From the NCBI GenBank assembly GCA_963842545.1, contig CAWJGR010000030.1:2617-66616 (forward strand): DNA of 64,000 nt, in the 5' to 3' direction. The notes under the pieces were generated by a model. That model was not told the origin of the DNA. It saw nothing but the letters and a program-made list of their open reading frames with translations, and searched no databases. This DNA comes from Candidatus Bathyarchaeota archaeon. Its GTDB lineage: Archaea > Thermoproteota > Bathyarchaeia > Bathyarchaeales > Bathycorpusculaceae. The position numbers and the translations under genes were made by a program. The stretch's first letter is position 1; the number at the start of each line of letters is the position of its first letter. Positions 50,687-62,122 of the stretch are shown here, piece by piece.

Positions 50687-53600
50687 GTGCCAAAGTTTGA
50701 TTGGATAAAGAAAGTTCTTGTTCTCGGCAGCGGCGCAATTAAGATAGGTGAAGCAGCGGAATTTGATTACAGCGGCAGCCAATGTCTCAAAGCTCTGCGA
50801 GAAGAAGGCATAGAAACCGTCCTGATTAACCCCAACATCGCTACTATCCAAACTGATCCTCGCCTCTCAGGCAAAGTGTACCTTCTCCCAGTCACACCAG
50901 AATTTGTAGAAAAAGTAATATCTAAAGAACGCCCAGATGGCATCCTGTTGGGCTTCGGAGGACAAACAGCTCTTAACTGTGGCTTAGAACTTGAAAAGAC
51001 AGGTATTCTGCAAAAGTATAATGTTAAAGTTTTGGGTACACCCGTCCAAGCCATAGAAGACACAGGCGACCGAGAAAGGTTCCGCCAAGCCATGCAAAAA
51101 GCAGGCGTTCCATTCCTAAAAAGCCGAGCCGCCACCAGCGTAAAACAGGCAATGGAAATTGCTGACGAAATCGGCTACCCTGTAATGGTTCGTGTGGCTT
51201 ACACTTTGGGTGGTAAAGGTGCTGGCGTTGCTCACAACATTAAAGAACTCAAAGAAATTGTGACCATCGGCATAGCGCAAAGCAGAATCAACCAGGTTCT
51301 TGTGGAAGAGTACGTTGGGCACTGGAAAGAAGTTGAATATGAAGTTATGCGTGACTACGCAGACAACTGCTTAACGGTTTGCAACATGGAAAACTTCGAC
51401 CCGATGGGCATCCACACTGGCGACAGCATAGTTGTCGCGCCTTCTCAAACCATGACTAACCGCGAATATCACCAAATCCGCTCAATCTCCATAAAAGCGA
51501 TACGCAGCCTTGGCATCGTAGGCGAATGCAACATTCAGTGGGCGCTTCACCCAAAATCTGAGGAATGCCGTGTCATCGAAGTTAATTCCCGTATGTCACG
51601 CAGTTCTGCGCTTGCCAGCAAAGTTACAGGTTACCCCCTTGCTTACATAGCAACAAAACTTACTTTGGGCTATGCTCTGCCAGAATTAATTAATAAAGTC
51701 ACCGAAGTCACAACCGCATGCTTCGAACCAGCACTCGACTACATAACCGTTAAAATCCCCCGTTGGGATTTGCAGAAATTTAAGAATGCCGATCGACATG
51801 TAGGTCCACAGATGCGTTCTGTAGGCGAAGTCATGGCTATTGGTCGCTGCTTTGAAGAAGCCCTCCAGAAAGCTGTTCGTATGCTTGATACCGGCAAGAT
51901 TGGACTTGTCTGCAACCCGGAAGATTCAGAGCTTGAGTCTGAAGAGCGCATCAGAGATGAGATGGCACACCCCACTGACGAACGATCTATACAAAATTGC
52001 TAAAGCCCTCAAAATGGGCATACCCAATAATGGAGATTTACCGTTTAAGCGGCGTTGACCCTTTCTTCCTCTACAAGATCCAAAACATCGTTGACATGGA
52101 AGCACAACTTCGCAGCCTAAACCTCGCTGAAGAACTCAGCTAACAGAAACCATCCGCGAAGCAAAACGGATAGGCTTTTCTGATGAGCAAATTGCTGAAT
52201 GCCAAAAAACAGATGAATTCACAATTAGGGCATTTAGAAAAAACGCTAACATTATTCCAGCTATCAAACAAATCGACACTTTAGCAGCAGAGTGGCCAGC
52301 TAAAACCAACTACCTCTACCTCACCTACGGCGGAGACGAAGACGACATAGAACTTTCCACCACACCAAGCAAAGTCATCGTGCTAGGCGCAGGCGTTTTC
52401 CGAATCGGTTCAAGCGTAGAGTTCGACTGGTGCGGCGTCAACACTATTTGGGCGCTCAAGAAGAACGGCATAAAAGAAGCCATCATGGTCAACTACAACC
52501 CAGAAACAGTCTCAACTGACTACGATGTCTCCGACAAACTCTACTTTGAAGAATTAACCATCGAACGCATCCTGGACATCTACGAAAAAGAAAACCCATT
52601 AGGCGTCATCACAAGCGTAGGCGGACAAATTCCAAACAACCTATCCATGCCCCTCTCCAAAGCAGGCGTAAAACTTTTGGGCACCTCAGCGGAGAACGTG
52701 GATTTAGCTGAAGACCGCTCAAAATTCAGTGCACTCCTGGACCAACTGGAGATATGCCAGCCGAGCTGGAGTAAACTCTTATCCATCGACGATGCGAAAC
52801 GTTTTGCGCAGAAAATCGGTTACCCCGTGCTCGTGCGCCCAAGCTATGTGCTATCGGGTTCCGCGATGCGCGTCGCGTACAACGAAACCTCGCTGGAAAA
52901 CTTTCTTAACCTAGCCGCAAAAGTCTCACGAGATCACCCAGTAGTAATCAGCAAATTCATAACTCAAGCCAAAGAAGTCGAAGTCGACGGTGTTTCCGAC
53001 GGAGAAAACGTGTTTATCGGCGCCATAATGGAGCACGTGGAGAACGCTGGTGTCCACAGCGGCGACGCAACCATGACAATCCCGCCTCAAGCACTCAAAG
53101 TTGAGGTTCAAAAGAAAATAGAAGAATGTACACTAAAGCATCGTGAAGGCGCTGCAAATTCATGGACCATACAACATCCAATACCTTGTTAAAGACGATG
53201 TAGTCAACGTCATCGAATGCAACCTAAGAGCTTCCCGTTCCATGCCCTTCGTTAGCAAAACTCGGGGCATAAACATGATTGAGTTAGCAACTTTGGCGAT
53301 GTTGGGTAAGAAAATCGACGGCGTCAAACTCTCGCCCATGCAGGTTGCGCCTCATGTTGGTGTGAAGGTTCCGCAGTTTAGCTTCATGCGCCTTAGCGGG
53401 GCTGACCCAGTTTTGGGAGTGGAAATGCTCAGCACAGGCGAAGTAGCGTGCTTAGGCGAAAACTTTTCAGATGCTTTCAGCAAGGCGTTGCAGGCTGCTG
53501 AATTCACGATTCCGCCCAAAGACGGCAAAGTCTTCATCAGTGTCGGAGGCGACGAAGCGCGAAAGGCAAGGGTTGTGCCGATTGCTCAAATCGCTTGCTG

Positions 53601-53968
53601 AAATGGGCTTCAAAATCTACGCTACTCAACACACTGCAGACGTGCTTAATGCTCATAATGTCGCTGCCACAGTGCTCTACAAGGTGAAGGATGCCCAAGT
53701 TAGCCCTAACATAATGGATTACTTGCAGGAACGCAAAATCGATTTAGTTATCAATGTACCCATGGCAAATCGACGGTCAAGCTTCTCAGACATCCTAACT
53801 GATGGCTATATCATAAGGCGCCAGGCAGTAGAATTCAACGTGCCAGTAATCACCAACCTGCAACTTGCTGCTGCACTAGTCGAAGTACTAAAACAAAAAG
53901 GACAAAACGGCAACTCCATTCGAAGCCTAAACGAATACATGGATGAATTACCCTGGAAACAGTGGTAA
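50687..53968 (+). CDS. carB: Carbamoyl-phosphate synthase large subunit; frameshifted
   Basis: GTG start, GSGAIKIGEAAEFDYSG, two ATP-grasp halves, C-terminal MGS domain. Confidence 0.95.
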
Positions 53969-54069
53969 ATTCAATAGGTCACTCGATTTTCCCAGTTATA
54001 TCTTTTGAGTTTTTACGCAAAAAATATATTCTTGCGCCTTCTTCTCGATTGACATTAAGGTAAGCTACT

Positions 54070-55572
54070 TTGTCTGAAAAAGCGAAGACTCGGACCGTCG
54101 AAGAAATTAATGAGAAAATCCGCAAGGGCGACGCCCAAGTTTTGACCGCGGAAGAAATGAAAAAGCTAGTTGAAAGCAGTGGTGTTGAGGTTGCCTTCAA
54201 AGAAGTGGACGTTGTAACTACGGGCACATTTGGAGCTATGTGTTCATCTGGCGCTATTGTTAATCTCGGGCATTCTGATCCACCAATAAAAATTGAGAAG
54301 GCATGGATGAACGATGTGGAAGTTTGCCATCCTGGCGCCGCAGTGGACTTGTTTATTGGTGCCACATGCATGTCTGAGAAGTTGCCCTTTGAGTACGGCG
54401 GCGGACATGTTATCCAAGACTTGGTATCTGGAAACGAGGTTGAACTCAGAGCCACTTCATATGGGACGGACTGCTACCCTCGGACTTCGCTAAAAACAAC
54501 CCTTTCAAAAGACGATTTAAACCAGTTTTACCTTCTCAACTTCCGCAACTGTTACCAAAGATACAATTGCGCTGTGAACAGTAGCGATGAAACTATCTAT
54601 ACTTACATGAGCAAACTTCTGCCCAGATTCAGAAATGCTACATATTCAGGTGCAGGCGAACTAAATCCCCTCATGAATGACCCAGACTACGAGACGATGG
54701 GGATGGGAACCCGCATCTTTCTTGGAGGCGGCCAAGGCTACATCATCGGCGAAGGAACCCAGCATAGTCCCAAAAATCTTAACGGAACACTCATGGTTAA
54801 AGGCGATGCAAAGAAGATGTCTCCTGAATTCTTGCAGGGTGCCGCCTTCACGGGTTATGGCACTTCGCTTTATGTAGGTTTAGGTGTTCCTATTCCGATT
54901 CTAAATGAAGGTTTAGCCAAAAAAACTGGGATCCAAGACAAGGATATTCTAACAGACATCGTCGATTACAGCGTCCCACGACGAGATCGACCAAAATTTG
55001 GGCAAGCCAGCTACAAAGAACTAAAATCAGGCTCTATAACTGTTAACGGCAAGAAAATTCGAGTAAGCTCACTCTCAAGCCTCAAGATGGCAAAAAAAGT
55101 TTCCCAAACTCTAAAGTCGTGGATTGATGAGGGCACCTTTTTGTTAACTTCACCCGTTGAGCGGCTGCCCATCAATACAGTATTTAAACCCATGAGGCAA
55201 ACCGAGGAAATACCGTTCGTAGTCAGCGTTATGCATCCAGCAGTCACTTGCACCGAGAACGAAGAGATACAAGCTATTGCAAAACGCATAGTAACCAAAT
55301 CAGTCAATCACATAGTTGTCGTAAATGGAGCAGGTAAATTACTTGGAATCGTAACGTCGTGGGATGTCACACGAGCTATGGCTGAAGGCAAAACAGCATT
55401 AGCAGACATAGAATCCCGTAATGTTGTCACCGCCAAACCCGATGAGCCACTGGAGATTGCTTCTAAACGGATGGCACAAAACAACATTTCAGCATTGCCC
55501 GTGATAGATATTGAAAGAAAAGTGCTTGGCATTATCACAGCCGAAGACGTATCTAAACTATTAGGACGGTAA
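54070..55572 (+). CDS. Homocysteine biosynthesis protein (DUF39 + tandem CBS; aspartate-semialdehyde sulfurtransferase)
   Basis: VDVVTTGTFGAMCSSGA, GTDCYPR, LNPL.NDP, C-terminal CBS pair. Confidence 0.92.
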   Translation: MSEKAKTRTVEEINEKIRKGDAQVLTAEEMKKLVESSGVEVAFKEVDVVTTGTFGAMCSSGAIVNLGHSDPPIKIEKAWMNDVEVCHPGAAVDLFIGATCMSEKLPFEYGGGHVIQDLVSGNEVELRATSYGTDCYPRTSLKTTLSKDDLNQFYLLNFRNCYQRYNCAVNSSDETIYTYMSKLLPRFRNATYSGAGELNPLMNDPDYETMGMGTRIFLGGGQGYIIGEGTQHSPKNLNGTLMVKGDAKKMSPEFLQGAAFTGYGTSLYVGLGVPIPILNEGLAKKTGIQDKDILTDIVDYSVPRRDRPKFGQASYKELKSGSITVNGKKIRVSSLSSLKMAKKVSQTLKSWIDEGTFLLTSPVERLPINTVFKPMRQTEEIPFVVSVMHPAVTCTENEEIQAIAKRIVTKSVNHIVVVNGAGKLLGIVTSWDVTRAMAEGKTALADIESRNVVTAKPDEPLEIASKRMAQNNISALPVIDIERKVLGIITAEDVSKLLGR

Positions 55573-55576
55573 AAGT

Positions 55577-56011
55577 ATGGCAAGAATTCTCATAAGGTTC
55601 GACGAAGACCAAGTTTCAGAGCCCATAGCATCCCAAATCATAATAGAATACAAGGTGCCCATGGCAATTTTATCAGCGCACGTCAACTCGAAAGGAGGAG
55701 AAATTCTCGCCGAGGTTCCAGATGCGATTTTGGAGAAAGTCGTTAACGCGTTCCGCCAAAGAGGCGTTTCAGTAACTGTACCCAAACTAATCGAAGTTGA
55801 CTCGAACAAATGTTTCAGTTGTGGCAGCTGTATTGCTCTGTGTCCTGTGGAAGCCATCAGCATAGCTAAAGACTCCACAGTGCAGTTCGACAAGGAGAGA
55901 TGTGTAGGTAGCACCTGCAGCGTATGCGTTGATGCTTGCCCTGCCCGAGCAATAAAATCAATCAAACAAAATAGTCTTGAGAATCCAGCTAATAGGAAAA
56001 AGAAAAGGTGA
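55577..56011 (+). CDS. NIL domain + 2[4Fe-4S] ferredoxin (homocysteine module partner)
   Basis: EPIAS..ILSA.V..GGE; CFSCGSC..CP, C..C..C..CP. Confidence 0.9.
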   Translation: MARILIRFDEDQVSEPIASQIIIEYKVPMAILSAHVNSKGGEILAEVPDAILEKVVNAFRQRGVSVTVPKLIEVDSNKCFSCGSCIALCPVEAISIAKDSTVQFDKERCVGSTCSVCVDACPARAIKSIKQNSLENPANRKKKR

Positions 56012-56718
56012 CGGAAAGACTTTTCAAAGAACACTTTACCCATAAAGAATCACAATGCACAATAATTTCCGAAAGTCAAAAAGCCATTAAAACTGCAATT
56101 GAATCCATCAATCATAATTACCAAGAACTTGAACTCTATGTACGGACTAATCCCAAGTTTTTACACACCCTAACGCCTATTCCTGCACCAGAAAAACCTC
56201 TTGTTGCTAGATTAATGGCATTGGCTGCGCAAAAAGCAGATGTGGGTCCCATGGCTGCAGTTGCAGGAGCCATAGCTGACTTAGCTGTAGAAGATATGAA
56301 GCGCGAAGGTTGCGAAGTTGCGGTTGTTGAGGATGGCGGAGAAATTTCGGCGGCCTCAGATAGATTTGTTGATGTAGCGGTTGCTGCTGGAGAAGAACCT
56401 CTTTCAAAAAGCTTCGGCTTCCGTCTTACAGAATTTCCAATTGGCATTGCCACCAGTTCAGGACGCTTTAGCCATGCACTTAGTTTTGGGGATGCAGAAG
56501 CCGCAATTGTTTTCTGCAAAAATGCAACCTTAGCGGATGCGGCAGCCACGGCTGTTGGCAATGTGGTTAGAGGCGAAGATGCGCAGGCTGGGCTTCAGGC
56601 TGGAATTAGCAGAGGAAAATCAATTAACGGGGTTGAGGGTGTGCTTATAATTTACAAGGGACAGGTAGGTACAGCTGGAAAGATCCCGCAGATGATTAAA
56701 ATACAGCCGAACAGGTAA
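56008..56718 (+). CDS. UPF0280/ApbE-like protein (COG2122)
   Basis: VGPMAAVAG, EDGGEI, ATSSG..HALSFG.A, ADAAATA. Confidence 0.9.
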   Translation: MTERLFKEHFTHKESQCTIISESQKAIKTAIESINHNYQELELYVRTNPKFLHTLTPIPAPEKPLVARLMALAAQKADVGPMAAVAGAIADLAVEDMKREGCEVAVVEDGGEISAASDRFVDVAVAAGEEPLSKSFGFRLTEFPIGIATSSGRFSHALSFGDAEAAIVFCKNATLADAAATAVGNVVRGEDAQAGLQAGISRGKSINGVEGVLIIYKGQVGTAGKIPQMIKIQPNR

Positions 56719-56741
56719 CGTTGGTTGAGAAATTTTGGGTT

Positions 56742-58010
56742 TTAGCCCTGCATCTTAAACCTTAGAATAGCCGCGATGCCGCCAAAAGCATTCTTTAACA
56801 TCTGTCCTTCTTCAGTTTCACCAGAAATGACTTCAACATCCGTATTTGATAATTCAGCAAGCTCAGCCAAGTCGTCTACAACATCCTTCTTATCCACTAC
56901 TGTGAATGATGGCGCTTTACAAGATGCACAAGGTTTCCCAATCAAGCCTTTCTCGAAATCAGCCACTTCCTTGCCTTTAATCGTGTGCTGTTCTTCGTAC
57001 CCGCAGGCACCGCATTTGACGGTGACTCTGACTAAATCTATATCTTCCGATAACAAAACTGTTCGAACGGCTCCATTTTGCAGCAGACGTCGCACCTCGG
57101 CTTCGCCATAGGTAATCAGGCCTGTGTCGTGTCCGACTTCGTAGAGAAACTTTTGCATTACTTCTTTTTCTTCTATGTAGCGGACTTTACGCATAATTTC
57201 GGGCGCTTTGTCCACTATTTCTTTAACACCTTGCTCTTCTACGTAGGCAGTGTCGATTACATCGAGAATCTTGTTCTTCAATTGGTAGTTGAGGTAGTCG
57301 CCTTTCTCAAAATCATATTTTGTGGGACCTGGACCACCAAGGATTATGCCTTTTAAGTTCTCAATCGGCAAAAGAATATCGTTTGCATGTGCGCCCACAC
57401 GAGTAAAGTATTCGTTGAGTTGCATGTCTCTCAAGCGCTCATATCGCCTAGCTGATTGCCCACCTGCCTTAGTTTTACCTGCAACACCCGAATGCATCTG
57501 CCTCACAATCTGCAAACGCTTTCCTTGCAAGGTTGCAATAGTAGCGTTGTTGGCGTCAACTAGCAGGATGCCATAGCTTTCTTTCTCCCGAAGCATATCT
57601 TGCAGGTACTCAGTGTGGAAACGTGAGTCGCATCGGTAGAGGAAAATTTTGATAGGTTCAGGCGGAACGATAACGTAGGCTTCCATGCGTTCGGTTCCTG
57701 GCGCGTCTCCTTCCCCAAGTAGTGCACCTGTAAAAATCACTATGCCTTTTTCGCCTGGGTCTTTGAAGAGCTTGAGTTTCTGTTGGGCTTTGGTGATGGC
57801 GTCGAGAACGTTTTTGCGTGTAACGTTGGATTTGATGTTGCTTGCGGTTCCATATTCATTGCGCAGTAGGTTAAGGGCATCGCTGATTTGTTTTCCTGGT
57901 GGAACGTAAACAGTGATAAGTTCCGTGTGGCTGCCCTCTTTGTTGGCAAGGGCATTTAGTGTTTTTCTTAGCCTGAATAGTTCAAGAGAGCTCTTTTTTG
58001 CGGTACTCAA
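56742..58010 (-). CDS. prf1: Peptide chain release factor aRF1
   Basis: NIKS, YRCD, GGQS, C-terminal zinc-ribbon insert. Confidence 0.98.
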   Translation of the reverse strand: MSTAKKSSLELFRLRKTLNALANKEGSHTELITVYVPPGKQISDALNLLRNEYGTASNIKSNVTRKNVLDAITKAQQKLKLFKDPGEKGIVIFTGALLGEGDAPGTERMEAYVIVPPEPIKIFLYRCDSRFHTEYLQDMLREKESYGILLVDANNATIATLQGKRLQIVRQMHSGVAGKTKAGGQSARRYERLRDMQLNEYFTRVGAHANDILLPIENLKGIILGGPGPTKYDFEKGDYLNYQLKNKILDVIDTAYVEEQGVKEIVDKAPEIMRKVRYIEEKEVMQKFLYEVGHDTGLITYGEAEVRRLLQNGAVRTVLLSEDIDLVRVTVKCGACGYEEQHTIKGKEVADFEKGLIGKPCASCKAPSFTVVDKKDVVDDLAELAELSNTDVEVISGETEEGQMLKNAFGGIAAILRFKMQG

Positions 58011-58089
58011 ATAACTTCACGGATTTCTTTAACTTGATAACTAACGTTAAAAGGAATCAAATAAAAGTTCCGACTTAAAAAAATGAAGT

Positions 58090-59094
58090 TTAGGTTTTTG
58101 GTTTAGCTGGAGGGGCGGGCTCTGGAGGTGCACCTATGGCGTCTCTGAGAAAAGCTTTGTAGGGACCTAGTTTTCCTCCGTAGTTGCCTGACGAAATCTT
58201 TACGACTCCTGGAACATCTACTGCTGCTGTTACACCTAACTTAAGGGCGTTTTTGACAGCATCAAGTGTTAAGCCGTTCACGACAATTTCATAAACGCAA
58301 GTTACACCTTCTGGAACAACAGAATCGGGCACAAGTGTGCGCAAAGTTGGACAATATGGATGGTTAGTTGATGCTTTTAATTTGTATTTAAGAGATCCTG
58401 CTTTGCTTCCTGCACGACAAACTCCTCCGGGGAAAATCATGATTACATCAGGAGCCCCTGTTCGGATTGCTTCAGCTGCTAATTCGCTAGCTTTAAGCCC
58501 CGCTTCTTGGGTTGCTGCGAAAATCATAAAGTTGCCACCTGCAATTGCTTCCATGGCGCCAAAACCGTCTTCAACAATAAAGTTCCCTTCCATTACTGGG
58601 ATTTTCCAGCATTTTCTTCCGCCAACCATAGCTTTTTTCTGGAATCCGTCGCCGAAATATCGGAGGCTGCTACCAACGTTGAGGGTGCGTTTGCCAGTTA
58701 AGCCGTTGAATGCAGCGGTTGTTGGGCAAGTTAGGGTGCATTGGCCAATGCGTTCCATGAGTTGGTGTTTGAGTTCAAATCGGTCTCTATTATAAATTTG
58801 TATGAGTACGCCAGGCCGTTTGTCTGGGGTTTGATCTGCTGGAACAGAACGTTCAATTGATGCCTCTGCAGAAGCTGCAATTACGCTTGTGGCAAAACCT
58901 GTAGTTAAGCTTGCGGCGATTTGTGCCCATTTCTCGTTTTGAGCGGTGATAAGAACTCGTCCTGCCCAAAGCCCGAACATTTCAGCAAACGTGTCCTGAA
59001 CCTTTACGACGTTGCCGGATGGTGATTTTACAATGAACATTTTTGTGTTTTCGTCATAGCTTTGGATTTCAAGCTTGTTAGTATTTGGTGACAT
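58090..59094 (-). CDS. ftr: Formylmethanofuran:H4MPT formyltransferase
   Basis: DTFAE.F, TPD.RPG, RIGQC.LTCPT, GGNF, ASTN..YCP, GNYGGKLG. Confidence 0.95.
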   Translation of the reverse strand: MSPNTNKLEIQSYDENTKMFIVKSPSGNVVKVQDTFAEMFGLWAGRVLITAQNEKWAQIAASLTTGFATSVIAASAEASIERSVPADQTPDKRPGVLIQIYNRDRFELKHQLMERIGQCTLTCPTTAAFNGLTGKRTLNVGSSLRYFGDGFQKKAMVGGRKCWKIPVMEGNFIVEDGFGAMEAIAGGNFMIFAATQEAGLKASELAAEAIRTGAPDVIMIFPGGVCRAGSKAGSLKYKLKASTNHPYCPTLRTLVPDSVVPEGVTCVYEIVVNGLTLDAVKNALKLGVTAAVDVPGVVKISSGNYGGKLGPYKAFLRDAIGAPPEPAPPAKPKT

Positions 59095-59254
59095 TAAATG
59101 ACCTGCCTGTTCTGTTGGGATTTGTATAATTTAAGAGTTTTCATGTTTTTTCTGGTTTCAACTTGACTACTTTTTGGTTATTTTAAGCGATTTAAATTCG
59201 ATTAACAGGTTAATCCACAAATAAAAATGTGCTATAAGCGTTGTTTTTGTAAAT

Positions 59255-59629
59255 TCAATCTGTTTTAGTTGATGAATCAGGCGTTTTAATTAGAGTTGAC
59301 TTATCTGTTGTTGCCAACTCGTAGTTGCATGTTGTTTTTATTGCTTTTTTTGGACAGCTTTCAGCACACTGATAGCAGAAGACGCATTGGGAAAGGTTCA
59401 ATTGAGGACGTTTCTTGCCATCAACGATAACCATTTCTATAGCTTTTGCGGGGCAATCTCTACTACATAATCCGCAGCCGATACATGAAGAAAAATCAAA
59501 CATTGGTTGTCCGCGAAAATTGTCGGCTAACTTTGGTTTAACAAAAGGATATTTTGTTGTCGCTGGCTTCCCAAATGTTTGCTTAACAACTCTTTTCGCA
59601 ATTGCGGAAAACCGTAATTTTTTTGACAT
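59255..59629 (-). CDS. NuoI/EchF-like 2[4Fe-4S] protein
   Basis: KPAT.KYP..FRG; CIGCGLC..CP, CVFCYQC.ESCP. Confidence 0.9.
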   Translation of the reverse strand: MSKKLRFSAIAKRVVKQTFGKPATTKYPFVKPKLADNFRGQPMFDFSSCIGCGLCSRDCPAKAIEMVIVDGKKRPQLNLSQCVFCYQCAESCPKKAIKTTCNYELATTDKSTLIKTPDSSTKTD

Positions 59630-59836
59630 TCAAATCACCTTTATGATTTTGAAAGACCTGTAAAAATCTTCAGTCACATAATACTTTGTTGGCTTGTATT
59701 TATTTTTGTTTATTCACTTCTACAGACAAGAGGCTTTCAAAAAAAGAGTTTCTTGCAATTGTTGGCTCTGTTGTAGTCACCAAACAATCACTCATACTTA
59801 ATTGCCACTAGAGAGGTCAATATCTTGTGAGTTCAA

Positions 59837-60061
59837 ATGGCTGTTAGTGAGAGGATAGGAATTGTTCGTTTCTGCGAAAAACCAAAGGGTAAGAGCAGAA
59901 TCATGAGCAAATTAGGCTTGAATGATGTTCAAGCAGAATCCTACCTTGCAATTCTCACAAGACAAAGCATGTTAATGCAAAACAAAGGCAAATATATTGT
60001 CACCTCAAAAGGTCAAAGTTACATTTCTTCTTCTGACAGAATTCGAAGAATTAGATCTTAA
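59837..60061 (+). CDS. Small winged-helix protein
   Basis: KSRIM..LN...YL..L..Y.VTSKG..Y. Confidence 0.7.
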   Translation: MAVSERIGIVRFCEKPKGKSRIMSKLGLNDVQAESYLAILTRQSMLMQNKGKYIVTSKGQSYISSSDRIRRIRS

Positions 60062-60208
60062 AACAACTTTTTTAAAAAATTGATTTATTTCACTTGACAA
60101 TTACTTCAATTATTCATAATCAAATTTAAGTGGAACAAAGGTTTGTTTAGGTTGTTTTTGTTAGTCTTTATCAAGTTGACTTGTAATATAGAAACTGAAG
60201 GTTAAGCG

Positions 60209-61036
60209 ATGGAAACTCAAGTTGACTGGCAACAAATTCTATGCGAATGCAAGATTAATGTGCAATCAGCCATCAAGCCATGCCTCAAAACTCTAAATGA
60301 ACCTCAACCTAAATTGGGCATTGGTGCAGGCGGAGACATGATGAAGCCAGTGGATTTAGCAGCAGAAACAGCGATCGTTCAAACCCTTCAGCAACACGAC
60401 GTTTCCTTTACACTTATTAGCGAAGAATCAGGCATCAAAGAGTTCGGGTCCTCACCTCAAGAGTGCTATTTGTGTGTTGACCCAATCGATGGCACCACCA
60501 ACCTAATGCATGGCTTGCCCTTCTATGCTTCATCAATTGCTGTTTCAAATACACCCGAACTCTCCGATGTCTACGCAGGCATGGTTATTGACCTTGTGCA
60601 TGATGAAACATTCATGGCGTTAAGCGGCAAAGGCGCATATCGCAACGGCAAACGAATACATACATCAAAAACTCAGTCACTCGATGAAGCAGTCGTAGGT
60701 TTGGATTTAAACACATTCAAAGCTAAATTAAACATGGATATTGCAGCTATATTAATTGAAAACATCAGGCACACACGACACTTTGGCGCCAACGCCCTTG
60801 AAATCTGCCATGTTGCAGCAGGATTAACCGATGCCTTCATAGATCTAAGAAAAAAAATCCGCACAACTGACGTTGCCGCAGGATTTCTCATAGTTAAAGA
60901 AGCAGGCGGAACCGTAACCGATCCAAGAAAATAAACCTATAAATGTAAAGTTGGATCCTAAACAAACCCTTAAGTTTTATTGCTTCAGCCAACTGCGAAG
61001 ATTCATCAAAAAATCTTGAGCCTGGTTAAACCCTAA
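60209..61036 (+). CDS. suhB: Inositol monophosphatase/FBPase family; frameshifted at C-terminus
   Basis: ISEESG, VDPIDGTTN, R.FGA, DVAAG. Confidence 0.9.
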
Positions 61037-61883
61037 TGTTAAATTTGCTCTTACCCTACCCAGCAGCGCTTGTAAAAACCCCAAAAACCAAAACGCTTCT
61101 TATCGCCGACCCTCATTTAGGCTGGGAAATGCAACTGCAAGAAAAAGGCATCCATGTACCAAGCCAAACATCAAAAATCCTAAACAAATTAACAGGCGAT
61201 CATTACCGAATACAAACCCGACAGACTGGTCATTCTTGGCGACGTGAAATACACGGTTGTTTCGCATGAATTTGGCGAGTGGCAGGATATCCCAGATTTT
61301 TTCAAAAAACTTCAGAGTTCGATTGGCAAGCATAGCTGTTGTTCGTGGTAACCATGATGCCAACTTAGAGCCGCTCTTGCCAGAGAACGTTGAGTTTTTG
61401 CCTGCGACGGGAGCGGTAGTTGGCGACGTTGGGGTTTTTCATGGGCACAAATGGCCTTCACCTGCACTTGTTGGGTTGTAAGACATTGGTTATGGGACAT
61501 CTGCATCCTGTGGTGGTTTTTCGTGACCCAACTGGATGCAAAATGACAAGGCAAGTTTGGATGAAGGCTAAATGCGACACCGAAGCCTTAGCAAAGATTC
61601 TTTTGCAAAAAAGCAAAGTAAGAATTGAAGGATCAGTAGCTGAAACATTAAAGAAACATTATAATGTCAAACCGAAAGCAGCATGAAATTTTCATAATGC
61701 CAAGTTTCAATGATTTTTTAGGTGGCAGACCCGTAAATGAAACTCGTCCCAGGAAAGAAATCGGTAGCGAAGCGCTGATTGGGCCTGTTTTGCGTTCTGA
61801 AGCGGTGGATGTTGATGAGGCTGAGCTTTATCTTTTAGACGGCACATATCTTGGGAACTTTAAATCAGCTTAGGCAATTGTGA
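61036..61883 (+). CDS. Metallophosphoesterase; frameshifted
   Basis: ADPHLG, LGDVK, GNHD, FHGH, GHLHP, MPSFN. Confidence 0.88.
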
Positions 61884-61962
61884 TTGGTTAGCGTTTGCTA
61901 TGCTAACTCTTATATTTGCCACATGTTATATGCATGATATAGTTTAAGGAGGATAAAACAAA

Positions 61963-62114
61963 ATGAAATTGTAACAGTCTTACTTCCAGAAGCGTACCTG
62001 GAAGGTTTAGATGAATTAGTCCGAGCCAACATGTACCCAAGCAGAAGCAGCGTAATCCGCTCTTCGGTACGTGACTTGCTCAAAAAAGAACTTTGGGAAA
62101 ACAAACGCAGATAA
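61963..62114 (+). CDS. CopG/ribbon-helix-helix protein (missed by ORF track; indel after start)
   Basis: GGAGG RBS; MK.VTVLLPEAYLEGLDELVRANMYPSRSSVIRSSVRDLLKKE. Confidence 0.85.
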
Positions 62115-62122
62115 AACTGCGG

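Noticed and set aside
46751-53968. argG/argH/carA/carB as pseudogenes
   Set aside because: Catalytic motifs are intact and the breaks are single-base indels typical of sequencing error.
61910-62104. 64-aa minus-strand ORF
   Set aside because: Antisense to a convincing RHH gene with a GGAGG RBS on the plus strand.
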